Assembly: GCA_040389905.1 (NCBI GenBank) | Contig: JAZJZK010000014.1 | Span: 1-64,000 of the forward strand | Direction of reading: 5' to 3' | Source: Gemmatimonadota bacterium | Lineage (GTDB): Bacteria > Gemmatimonadota > Gemmatimonadetes > Gemmatimonadales > Gemmatimonadaceae | Length of the DNA: 64,000 nt | Part shown: piece after piece, positions 1 through 9,382 of the stretch | Numbering within the stretch: position 1 is the first letter of the stretch | How the letters are laid out: every line of letters begins with the position of its first letter | The notes under the pieces: model-generated | The model's database searches: none | The model's input: the letters and a program-made list of their open reading frames with translations, nothing else | What the model was told of the DNA's origin: nothing | Position numbers and translations under genes: made by a program

Positions 1-1187
<1,187 letters not shown>

Positions 1188-1189
1188 GA

Positions 1190-4100
1190 TTACGCCCTCC
1201 CCGCCGACGCCGGCCCGGGATGATTGACCTTCTTCAAGTACACCACCGCTGTATAGGTGTTGAGCTCTTCGAAGACGTGGTAGGCGCGCTTGTCTTCAAC
1301 CTGCGTCGATACGGTCCACCGCGGATCCGACGCGTCACCGAAGGTGATGGCGCGCGACGGACACGCCTGCGCACACGCCACCGTGAACTCGTCGACCACG
1401 AGCTCGCGCCCCTCTGTCTTGGCGCGCGTTTCCGCTTCACGGATTCGCTGCACGCACATCGTGCACTTCTCCATGACGCCCTTGCCGCGAACGGTGACAT
1501 CAGGGTTGAGCTGCCAGTCGAGCGGTTCGGGGAACGCGTACTGCTTGCGGTCTTCCTCGCCGTAGCCGAACCAGTTGAAGTAGCGAACCTTGTACGGACA
1601 GTTGTTGCTGCAATAGCGGGTACCGACGCAGCGGTTGTAGACCTGGACGTTGAGTCCGTCCGGCGCGTGGTAGGTCGCATAGACCGGGCAGACGGGCTCG
1701 CACGGCGCATTTCCGCAGTGCTGGCACATCATGGGAACGAAGCGCGCTTCGAAGTCCTCGGTGAACTGACCGTCCGCCGCTCCCTCGAAATACCGCTCGA
1801 GGCGGAGCCAATTCATCTCGCGACCGCGCGTGATGTTGAAGCCGGACTTGGCCACCGCGTACACCGTAGCGTTCTGCCATGCCGCGCCGACCGTCGGAAT
1901 GTTGTTCTCCGCGTAGCATGCCGTGACGCAGGCCGAACACCCGGTGCAGCGAGCAAGATCGACGGTCATGGCCCAACGACGGCTGGTCATTCCCGACCAG
2001 TGGTCGGGCGCATACATGCCCTTGTCCTTACCGTGGTCCGCGGCCGTCGGCGCGCCAAGATCGCCCTGCGCGTCCGCCGCAACCGGCGAGCGCAAACCCG
2101 GGAGAAATGCGCCACTCGGCTCACCGGCGATCTTATGCTCGCCTTCCTTGTGCTCACCCTCGCCTGTGCCGCCCTTCAGCAACTCCTCGATGCCAATCGC
2201 CTGGGCGATACCGCGCCCGTGCTGGCGCGCCGACCCCTCGGTGGAAACGAGCGTCTCGTGCTCGCCGGTCTTGGCGATGGACGCCTTTGTGCTGGTGAGG
2301 ACGAAGCCACCTGCAGCATTGCGCGTCGCGGCAAGCAGATCGTGCGCGCGGATGCCGACGTTGCGCGCGTAGCGGCCGTAGCCCCACTGCGTGGGAATCG
2401 CCTTGTGGTTCTTGCCGTCGTGATCCGCGAGGGATGCGGCGGAACTATGGCCCTGCCCGATGGCGAGCCCGATAGTGTCGGGCCGAATGCCAAGGTACAG
2501 ATAGGCGGGTGCCCGCACCTTGCCCTGCGCCGTGGTCACCTCGATGATGTCGCCGCGCTCGATGCCCTTTGCATTGGCAGTTTGCGGATGGATCTCGACC
2601 CACGAGCTCCAGAGCACCTTCGTGACGGGATCGGGCAGTTCCTGCAACCATGGCTTGTTCGCCCCACGACCATCGCCCAGGACCGGCGACGGATATGTCA
2701 CGAGGAACATGTCGCCCTGCGTCTGTTCGATCGCCGGCGCGGCGGACAGTTGCGCTGCGGGCGCGGCGCTCGTGCGTGCACCCGTGGATCCGCTCGCAAC
2801 ACCCTTCTGGAGAGCGCTCGTGAATGCCGTCGTGCCACCTGCGAAGCGGCTGATCAACCAGCTGCGATAGTCCTTCTGTGGATACTTCGCGGCGCTCGCG
2901 GGATCCTTCTGCGCGAGTGCGATGAGGACGTCTGCGGTCGCGCGCGGGCCGGAATAGACCGGGTCCATCGCGGGCTGCTGCACCGAAATCGTGCCCTTCG
3001 CCGCCTCGGCATCACCCCAGGACTCGAGCGAGTGCAGATCGGGGAGAATGAGATCGCACAGCTCCGTGGTCTCGTCCGGATACAGCGAGAAGCTGACCTT
3101 GAACGGGACCTTCGCGAACGCCTCCGCGAACTTGGCGGCCGCCGGGAGGTTGTAGGCGGGGTTGACGCCGCGCACGAACGCAACCGGCACGCTTCCGGCG
3201 CGCATCTTCTCGACGGCTTCGACGACGTCGGCATAGTGGGCCACGCCATCGAAAGCCGCGATCGCATCGGCGGGACGAATGGTCGTCCCAACAGCGCCAC
3301 TTGCCTTGTTCAGCGACGCGACCGCGAGGGCGAGGTCGAGTGCATTGGCCGTGGTAGCGCCGGAAAGCACCATCGCCGGCTTCGCCGAGGCGAGCTCCTG
3401 TTGCAGACGGATCAGTACATCCGGAGCGACGCCACTCTGCGCTGCCGCGTCGGGGATGGAGCCGCCACCGGCGAGCGCGTTCGCGATCGCGAGTTCAGTG
3501 CCCGGCTTGCATGCGATCCACTGATCCGCGTTCAGGCCGGTGAGCGAGCGGCGCGGCCCGATGTAGACAAAGCGAGGCGCCCCCTGGATCTGGGCGCGCG
3601 CATCGGCAAAGTCGAGCTGCTGCGGTACCGACAACCCCCACGTCTCGAGAAAGTCTGCACCGAAGGAGACGATGAGCTTTGCATCGCCGAAGGACAGCTT
3701 TGGCCACGCGACGCCGTAGCTTCGCCGGTTCGCTTCGATCACGGCGCTGTCGACTTCGAAATCGGCGCTCAGGTGCGCCTTCATTCCGAACCCCGCGAGC
3801 CACGCGTCGAGAAAGCCAGGAAAGCTTCCGGTTTCGTGCTGGTTGAGGAAGACGCTATTCGCCGCCGTTCCGCGGCTCTTCGCCTCGCCAAGCTTCTGGC
3901 TCACGAGTGTGAGGGCGGCGTCCCATTCAACGGGCTTCCACGCCCCGTTCTCCTTGACCATGGGGCCACGGAAACGATCGGGATTGTAGAGCCCCTGAAG
4001 CGCCGACTGGCCGCGCGAGCAGAGCGCGCCGCGGTTCAGCGGATGCTCCGGATTACCCTCGAGCTTTGTGGTGCGGCCATCGCGCGTCTCGGCGATGATG

Positions 4101-4306
4101 CCGCAGCTTGCCGCGCATTCACGACAGGTCGAGGCGTAGTACGTCGAAACGCCCGACACCGTCTGTTCCGGATGCGCCAGATACGGGATCAGCTTGTTGA
4201 CCTTGTCGGTGCTGCAGCCGACCGTTGTCACGGTCGCACCCGCAGCGCCCAACACCTTGAGGAAGTCGCGGCGCTTGACGCCTGTCGACCCCGAGTCGTT
4301 GCTCAT
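1190..4306 (-). CDS. actB: Alternative complex III subunit ActB (molybdopterin-oxidoreductase-like domain fused to a 4Fe-4S dicluster domain)
   Basis: Tat motif RRDFLK followed by lipobox-like TTVGC; C-terminal Fe-S motifs CTGCSACVTAC, CQHCGNAPCEPVCP, CVGTRYCSNNCP, CTMC...ACAQACP; start placed at MSNDS. Confidence 0.9.
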   Translation of the reverse strand: MSNDSGSTGVKRRDFLKVLGAAGATVTTVGCSTDKVNKLIPYLAHPEQTVSGVSTYYASTCRECAASCGIIAETRDGRTTKLEGNPEHPLNRGALCSRGQSALQGLYNPDRFRGPMVKENGAWKPVEWDAALTLVSQKLGEAKSRGTAANSVFLNQHETGSFPGFLDAWLAGFGMKAHLSADFEVDSAVIEANRRSYGVAWPKLSFGDAKLIVSFGADFLETWGLSVPQQLDFADARAQIQGAPRFVYIGPRRSLTGLNADQWIACKPGTELAIANALAGGGSIPDAAAQSGVAPDVLIRLQQELASAKPAMVLSGATTANALDLALAVASLNKASGAVGTTIRPADAIAAFDGVAHYADVVEAVEKMRAGSVPVAFVRGVNPAYNLPAAAKFAEAFAKVPFKVSFSLYPDETTELCDLILPDLHSLESWGDAEAAKGTISVQQPAMDPVYSGPRATADVLIALAQKDPASAAKYPQKDYRSWLISRFAGGTTAFTSALQKGVASGSTGARTSAAPAAQLSAAPAIEQTQGDMFLVTYPSPVLGDGRGANKPWLQELPDPVTKVLWSSWVEIHPQTANAKGIERGDIIEVTTAQGKVRAPAYLYLGIRPDTIGLAIGQGHSSAASLADHDGKNHKAIPTQWGYGRYARNVGIRAHDLLAATRNAAGGFVLTSTKASIAKTGEHETLVSTEGSARQHGRGIAQAIGIEELLKGGTGEGEHKEGEHKIAGEPSGAFLPGLRSPVAADAQGDLGAPTAADHGKDKGMYAPDHWSGMTSRRWAMTVDLARCTGCSACVTACYAENNIPTVGAAWQNATVYAVAKSGFNITRGREMNWLRLERYFEGAADGQFTEDFEARFVPMMCQHCGNAPCEPVCPVYATYHAPDGLNVQVYNRCVGTRYCSNNCPYKVRYFNWFGYGEEDRKQYAFPEPLDWQLNPDVTVRGKGVMEKCTMCVQRIREAETRAKTEGRELVVDEFTVACAQACPSRAITFGDASDPRWTVSTQVEDKRAYHVFEELNTYTAVVYLKKVNHPGPASAGRA

Positions 4307-4325
4307 GTGCGGCTCGTCCTGGGAT

Positions 4326-5096
4326 CTAGTAGTGACACGCGGCGCAGTCATACCGCGCGCGACGGCGCTCGGCTGATGGCGTCGATGCGCTGGAAGCTTT
4401 GTGCGCGGTATCGGGCGACGGGGAACCGCTCGCCGAATTGGCGGGCGTCGCCCCAGTGGTCATGATGCCGGCGAACGAGCCCGGCGTACCGTAGGGAACG
4501 CCGCCTTTGTAGCCGGCGGGGGGGATATTGTCGTACCCAGCAGCCTTCTGCCCTTCCTTGGGATCGTAGCCGTTCACATGGCAGTTGACACACCAGCCCA
4601 TGTTGAGCGACGCCGCCTGATAGACCTTGGTCATCCCCTGCACCTGTCCGTGACAGGTCTGGCACGTGACGCCCGCGTTGACGTGGCGCACATGCGGGAA
4701 ATGGACGTATTCGGGAAGCTTGTGGATGCGAACCCACGGCACCGGCTTCGCATTCTTGCCGCCACCGGCGATATCCGCGTACGTCTGAAGCTTCTTGATC
4801 TCCGCCTTGGCCTGATCGGTGGAGCCCATGACGCTCGAATGGCAGCCCATGCAGGTGTTTACCGCGGGCATGCCGACGTCGGCCGACTTGTTCGCCGAAT
4901 TGTGGCAGTAGAGACAGTTCATGCCGAGTCCTCCGCTCGCCACCGGTCCGGCGTGCTTCGGGTGCGGGAAAGCGATCGGCTGATCGGGGGCATTGCCCTG
5001 AGAGGATGAGGCGCCACTATAGGCGGACAGCATGACGGCACCGACGGCCAGGATCATGAGTCCTGGGAACGCGGTCCACTTCCTTCGCTGCGTCAT
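4326..5096 (-). CDS. actA: Alternative complex III pentaheme cytochrome c ActA
   Basis: N-terminal TM helix, QPIAFPHPKH motif, five CxxCH (CLYCH, CMGCH, CQTCH, CVNCH, CAACH), PWVRIHKLPEYVHFPH. Confidence 0.9.
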   Translation of the reverse strand: MTQRRKWTAFPGLMILAVGAVMLSAYSGASSSQGNAPDQPIAFPHPKHAGPVASGGLGMNCLYCHNSANKSADVGMPAVNTCMGCHSSVMGSTDQAKAEIKKLQTYADIAGGGKNAKPVPWVRIHKLPEYVHFPHVRHVNAGVTCQTCHGQVQGMTKVYQAASLNMGWCVNCHVNGYDPKEGQKAAGYDNIPPAGYKGGVPYGTPGSFAGIMTTGATPANSASGSPSPDTAHKASSASTPSAERRRARYDCAACHY

Positions 5097-5133
5097 CGCG
5101 ATGGGGTCAGGGAAAGTCAGGGGAGCGAGGGGC

Positions 5134-5151
5134 TTGTGAACGAATTCACAA
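5134..5151. promoter_or_regulatory. Rex (NADH/NAD+ sensing repressor) operator upstream of actA; also fits the CRP-type TGTGA-N6-TCACA
   Basis: TTGTGAA-CGAA-TTCACAA is a perfect match to the Rex consensus TTGTGAANNNNTTCACAA, 38 bp upstream of the actA start. Confidence 0.75.
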
Positions 5152-5168
5152 AGCCCTTACCGCGCAGC

Positions 5169-5196
5169 AATTTATCGGACGTTGGGGGTCGTGCAA
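5169..5196 (-). promoter_or_regulatory. Putative sigma70 promoter of the act operon
   Basis: Minus strand TTGCAC-N16-TAAATT just upstream of the Rex box. Confidence 0.45.
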
Positions 5197-5372
5197 GTCA
5201 CGGCGAAGCACCTTAATCCCGAGTAAAATAGTCCCTAATAGATTAGGGCTCCGCACCGACGCGGGAAGGTCCCCGGAATGGAGCCCGGGGTCAAGTCGGT
5301 GTTTTCCTTACCCGCGGTTCGGGGGTGAAGCGCCCGAGAAAATTCTGCGGGGAGCCGAGCCCATACACGGAA

Positions 5373-5468
5373 AGGAGCGGATCGAACGGATGCAACGGAT
5401 AACTGCCAGATCTTTCAAACAATCATTCCGGCCTTTTCCGTTGCATTCGTTTGATCCGCTCCTAAATC
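5373..5468. repeat. Gene-less inverted-repeat element (MITE/REP-like) matching the repeats that flank the GxxExxY gene
   Basis: Arms 5373-5399 AGGAGCGGATCGAACGGATGCAACGGA and 5437-5463 (revcomp AGGAGCGGATCAAACGAATGCAACGGA), 25/27 identical. Confidence 0.85.
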
Positions 5469-5512
5469 AGCAATGGTTCCGACTCCAGCGCCCGAACTTT
5501 GGATGGTGCGGG

Positions 5513-5576
5513 CCCTTCGCTTCGCTCCCTTCGTCTCTTGCGCTCCTCGAGGGCAGGCAGGCGACAAAAAACGAGC
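5513..5576. repeat. REP-like element related to 63478-63540
   Basis: Shares the CCCTTCGC start and GGCGACAAAA..CGAGC end with 63478-63540, plus a 27-bp core in the opposite orientation. Confidence 0.65.
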
Positions 5577-5584
5577 AGATCAGT

Positions 5585-6343
5585 TCAACGCATCAATGAC
5601 TGCGCATCCGTGATGGCGGGATCACGCAGATCATCTGGCAGCAATTCGAGATTCGACCGCGAATTCTGCGTCAAGCGCAACGGCCAGTGCGTGCCGTACA
5701 CGAATCGCTCGGCACCGACGGTACGAATGAGGTGCGCGAAATGATCTTCGGGCGGTCCCCAGATCCACGCAAAATCCCAGTAGACGCACGTCTGCTCCTC
5801 TGGCGTCAGCCCCCAGTGCGTCTCTTCGAGCACCTCGCGCCCTGCGCCGAGGACCACAAGCTTCAGGGACTCGTGCGAGCGGGCGAGCGAGCGGATGTGC
5901 GCTGCGGTCAAGTCGCTCGCCGTATCGAGGGATGATCGCTGACGGAGATCCTCGAAGCGAACCGTAAGGACTAACGGAACTCCGAATTGCGCACACGCTG
6001 CGGCGAGCTCGCGCATCCCGGGGTCGTGCGGTCCTGCACCCCAATGCATTGGATACGCGCGGACCGCCGCCGCACCACGCTCGACGACGTGGCTCAACGT
6101 CTCCTCCCACAACGGCCAGTCGGGCCTGACGACCGGCGCAGGGCGAAGCGATGGAAACGGCTCGAGCGCCTTGAACAACGCCGTGTTGCCGGGCCCCGGA
6201 TCGCGATGCCACGGTGACGGGAGATAGCCCACCCAGGCGCCGCTCAGACCATCGCGCTCGAGCACGCGGACGAGGACGTCCGGATCCGGATGTGGCAGAT
6301 GGCGAAAGGGAAACTGACCGACGTACGCCGCGCAGTCGATCAT
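5585..6343 (-). CDS. Amidohydrolase-fold (TIM barrel) protein with degenerate metal motif
   Basis: Start MIDCAAYVGQFPF overlaps the upstream stop (ATGA); C-terminal GAERFVYGTHWP resembles Amidohydro_2. Confidence 0.7.
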   Translation of the reverse strand: MIDCAAYVGQFPFRHLPHPDPDVLVRVLERDGLSGAWVGYLPSPWHRDPGPGNTALFKALEPFPSLRPAPVVRPDWPLWEETLSHVVERGAAAVRAYPMHWGAGPHDPGMRELAAACAQFGVPLVLTVRFEDLRQRSSLDTASDLTAAHIRSLARSHESLKLVVLGAGREVLEETHWGLTPEEQTCVYWDFAWIWGPPEDHFAHLIRTVGAERFVYGTHWPLRLTQNSRSNLELLPDDLRDPAITDAQSLMR

Positions 6344-7185
6344 GCGGACACCCCACAGCGCGGAAACGCCGCGTCGCCGAAAAGTCGCGCAACATTTCGC
6401 CAACGAATGTCTGCCATCTCGTCTTGCGTCATGCCGATGACTTCGAGTGCGCGCAGTTTGGTGAGCCCGGTCTCCATCGTGAGATCGCACGCCCACAGGA
6501 GGCGTTTCGCCCCGAGTACATCGAGCGCCTGATCGAGCATGCCGCGATCCACACCGCTCCCGGAGAGATCGGGGTAGACATTGGGCGTGTCGCGCACGGC
6601 GGGAAGCGTGTGTGCCCAATCGCCGCCGCCGCCGAGATGCGCGAGGACGAACGAAACGCTCGGGTGTCGGGCGGCGAGGCGGACGAGGTCGCGTCCATCC
6701 GAGATTTCCTGGTTGGGCCATTCGCGCGTCCTGTGCTGCCAGATGTGATGCAATACCGGCATGCGGTACGCTGCGGCCCGCTCGCACACCGGGTCGAGCA
6801 AGGGATCATCCGCGCGACGACTCGCGAGCAGTTTGATGCCAATGGCACCCGCCCGCTGTCCGCGGTCGACCTCACGCAGCGCGTGGGCGGTGTGATTCGG
6901 GTTGACGGTCACGTACCATCGCACCGTCCCCGGCTCCGCGGCAGCCATGGCCAGCATCGCGTCGTTGCCGACGACCACATCCTCTGGCGACGGAAAATAC
7001 GTCGGTGACGAATGCCCGTAGGAGCCGAGGACGCTGGCGACGTGATATGTCACGCCGATGCGATTGCCGGCGCGAAGCCGCGCCTCGTTCACGCGCTGCC
7101 AATCACTTCGGCCCGCCTGCGCATGGTAGAAATGCGCGTGCGCGTCGATGAGTGGCGTCGTACCACTCAACAGCGATTCGCTCAC
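6340..7185 (-). CDS. Amidohydrolase family protein (Amidohydro_2)
   Basis: IDAHAH metal motif, PVLHH, VLAHLGGG, RLLWACD. Confidence 0.85.
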   Translation of the reverse strand: MSESLLSGTTPLIDAHAHFYHAQAGRSDWQRVNEARLRAGNRIGVTYHVASVLGSYGHSSPTYFPSPEDVVVGNDAMLAMAAAEPGTVRWYVTVNPNHTAHALREVDRGQRAGAIGIKLLASRRADDPLLDPVCERAAAYRMPVLHHIWQHRTREWPNQEISDGRDLVRLAARHPSVSFVLAHLGGGGDWAHTLPAVRDTPNVYPDLSGSGVDRGMLDQALDVLGAKRLLWACDLTMETGLTKLRALEVIGMTQDEMADIRWRNVARLFGDAAFPRCGVSA

Positions 7186-8531
7186 GCGTTTTCGTCGTCC
7201 ATGAGGGACACGAGGGCCGCGCTCGCCGCGCGCTCAATTTCCTGGAGCTCCGCTTCGAGATGCGCGATCGCAGGGAAGTTGTAGGCGCCACGCTTGAAGA
7301 GCACGCCTTCGCGCATTGCCTGGCTCACGAAGCGATTCTCGAGCGCACGATCCGCCCACTTGATGGACCACATATGGTCGGTGCCTTCGGTGTGCGCGCC
7401 CTCGACTCCGCTGGCGGCGATCGCCCGATCAACGGCGTCGCGCATCTCCTTGCCGGTCTCACCAAGCGTCTCGCAAATATTCGCCTCGTCGTGCCAGTCG
7501 AGCACTGCCAGCGCCGCGGCCAAGGCGGTCGATTCACTCGCGAGCGTCGACGAGATCCACGTGTCACGCGCCGCCTCCATCAACGCGCGCTGCCCGACAA
7601 CTGCCGCCACGGGATAGCCATTGGCCATCGCCTTGCCGAACGTCGCAAGGTCCGGCGTGACGCCGCACACCTCCTGATATCCGCCGGGAGCGACGCGAAA
7701 GCCGGTCTTGATCTCGTCGAAAATGAGTACAGCCCCATTGGCGTCCGCCAACTCGCGGGCGCGCTGCAGCCACTCGACCGATGGCAGATGATCCACGATC
7801 GGTTCGATGACGATGGCCGCGAGCGACGACTTGGCCGCGGCAACGGCAAGTTCCAGGGCGCCGATCTCGTCGAAGGGAATCCAGTCGACTGTTTTTCGCA
7901 CGCTGGCCGGCACGCCCGGCGAATCGGACGACCAATCATGCCAGCCGAAGTAACCGCACGCGATGATCTGCTCGCGGCCGGTGTACGTGCGCGCGAGGCG
8001 CACGGCCGCAGACGTCGCCTCAGCGCCGGTTTTGAGAATCTGCGCGCGCTCCGCACAGGGGATGATTGCGCACAGCCGTTCGGCGAGCTCCACCTCACGC
8101 CAACTCGACAGGCCACACACGTTGCCTTGCGACGCCGCTTCCATCACCGCGCGCGTTACCCTCGGCTCGGCATAACCGAGTGCGACTGCGCCGAGCGCCA
8201 TCGTGCAGTCGAGATACTCGATACCGAAGACGTCGGTGAAACGTGCCCCGCGAGCGGTTGTGAAATGGGTTGGAAGATCGGGCTCGGCATGGCCGTAGAG
8301 CTTGTCCGCGCGCTTACTGCCGGTCGACGCGCCGGTCGCCAGGGCGGCGTCCGCCCGCATGAGCCAACTGGTGTCGGGAGCCTCCTCCGGCGTGCCTTCC
8401 TCGAATTCGGGTTCCGAGGCGTCATCGGCTTCTGCTTCGGGCGCCGCGTCAGGAACGGATTCCGTGGTGGCGTCGTCCGCCGCTGGTGTCGGATTGTCGC
8501 GACCGCGACCGAAAAAACGTGACAGTGCCAT
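7182..8531 (-). CDS. Class-III PLP aminotransferase (glutamate-1-semialdehyde aminomutase-like)
   Basis: KTGAEAT, GYFGWHDW, LIFDEIKTGFR, FGKAMANGYP (PLP lysine); acidic N-terminal extension. Confidence 0.85.
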   Translation of the reverse strand: MALSRFFGRGRDNPTPAADDATTESVPDAAPEAEADDASEPEFEEGTPEEAPDTSWLMRADAALATGASTGSKRADKLYGHAEPDLPTHFTTARGARFTDVFGIEYLDCTMALGAVALGYAEPRVTRAVMEAASQGNVCGLSSWREVELAERLCAIIPCAERAQILKTGAEATSAAVRLARTYTGREQIIACGYFGWHDWSSDSPGVPASVRKTVDWIPFDEIGALELAVAAAKSSLAAIVIEPIVDHLPSVEWLQRARELADANGAVLIFDEIKTGFRVAPGGYQEVCGVTPDLATFGKAMANGYPVAAVVGQRALMEAARDTWISSTLASESTALAAALAVLDWHDEANICETLGETGKEMRDAVDRAIAASGVEGAHTEGTDHMWSIKWADRALENRFVSQAMREGVLFKRGAYNFPAIAHLEAELQEIERAASAALVSLMDDENA

Positions 8532-8563
8532 GGGTCAATTGAGGTTGATGGCGTTGGATGACA

Positions 8564-9382
8564 TCAGTGTTCGCTCGTGTCACGTCCGGTGACGTGACGT
8601 GGAGGTCGCGGCGAAACGTCGTCTGGAAGCGTGCGCTCGATGCGCCCCGTGCGCTCGAGGAACCGAACGATCTCGAGTGACATGGCGCGCAGCAGGGAGA
8701 GTTCGCGGTCATCCGGCTCTGCGCGATATGTGATGGCGCGCAGCGACCGCATGATGTGCTCCGGATAGCGAGTCTTGAAGAACTGTATGGACTCCAGCGC
8801 ATTGTGCAGCTCGACAAAGTAGCGCTCGAACAGCTCGGCCGTGGGTGGCGGCGCTTCCTTACGCGGACCGCGCAGAACGCGCGTGGCGTCTCCCGACGCG
8901 AGATGCAGTTCGTACAATGCGATGAGCACCGCCTGCGCGAGGTTCAACGACGCGTGATCGGTCGTGGGAATGGTCACCGCGGCGTGCAGACGATCGAGGA
9001 CTTCATTCGGAAGCCCGTGATCCTCGCGGCCGAAGACGAGCCCGACTCGCCCGGCCTCGGTATAGCCGAGTGCGTCCTCCGCCGCGCCCCTCGCATCGAG
9101 GATGCGCCACTTCGCCGCGCGACGACGTGCCGTGAAGCCGACGAGTCGCACGCAGTCCGCCACCGACGCATCGAACGAATCGAAATGCTCGATGCCGTGA
9201 ATGATGTCCCACGTGTCGTGCGCAATGCCCTCGAGACGCACGGGATCGTAGGCGCAGGGGCTCACCAGACGCAGCGAGGTAAATCCCATGTTCTTCATCG
9301 CGCGAACCGTGGCGGCGATGTTGATCGGATTCTGTGGTTCGAAAAGGACGACGGAGATCTTGGAGAGTCGCGAGTCAGGCAT
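8564..9382 (-). CDS. trmJ: SPOUT tRNA/rRNA methyltransferase, TrmJ/LasT family
   Basis: VVLFEPQNPINIAATVRAMKNMG, GFTARR, LVFGREDHGL, SLNLAQAV. Confidence 0.85.
   Translation of the reverse strand: MPDSRLSKISVVLFEPQNPINIAATVRAMKNMGFTSLRLVSPCAYDPVRLEGIAHDTWDIIHGIEHFDSFDASVADCVRLVGFTARRRAAKWRILDARGAAEDALGYTEAGRVGLVFGREDHGLPNEVLDRLHAAVTIPTTDHASLNLAQAVLIALYELHLASGDATRVLRGPRKEAPPPTAELFERYFVELHNALESIQFFKTRYPEHIMRSLRAITYRAEPDDRELSLLRAMSLEIVRFLERTGRIERTLPDDVSPRPPRHVTGRDTSEH

Noticed and set aside
1220..4465. 1081-aa plus-strand ORF, and similar long ORFs at 7152-8522, 22654-24393, 34345-36513, 41919-43307 and 52759-54678
   Set aside because: Antisense shadows of well-supported genes in high-GC DNA; no recognisable motifs.
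7182..8531. Assigning the symbol hemL
   Set aside because: GSA-like motifs are present, but the protein is divergent and has no tetrapyrrole context; it could be a sugar or other aminotransferase.
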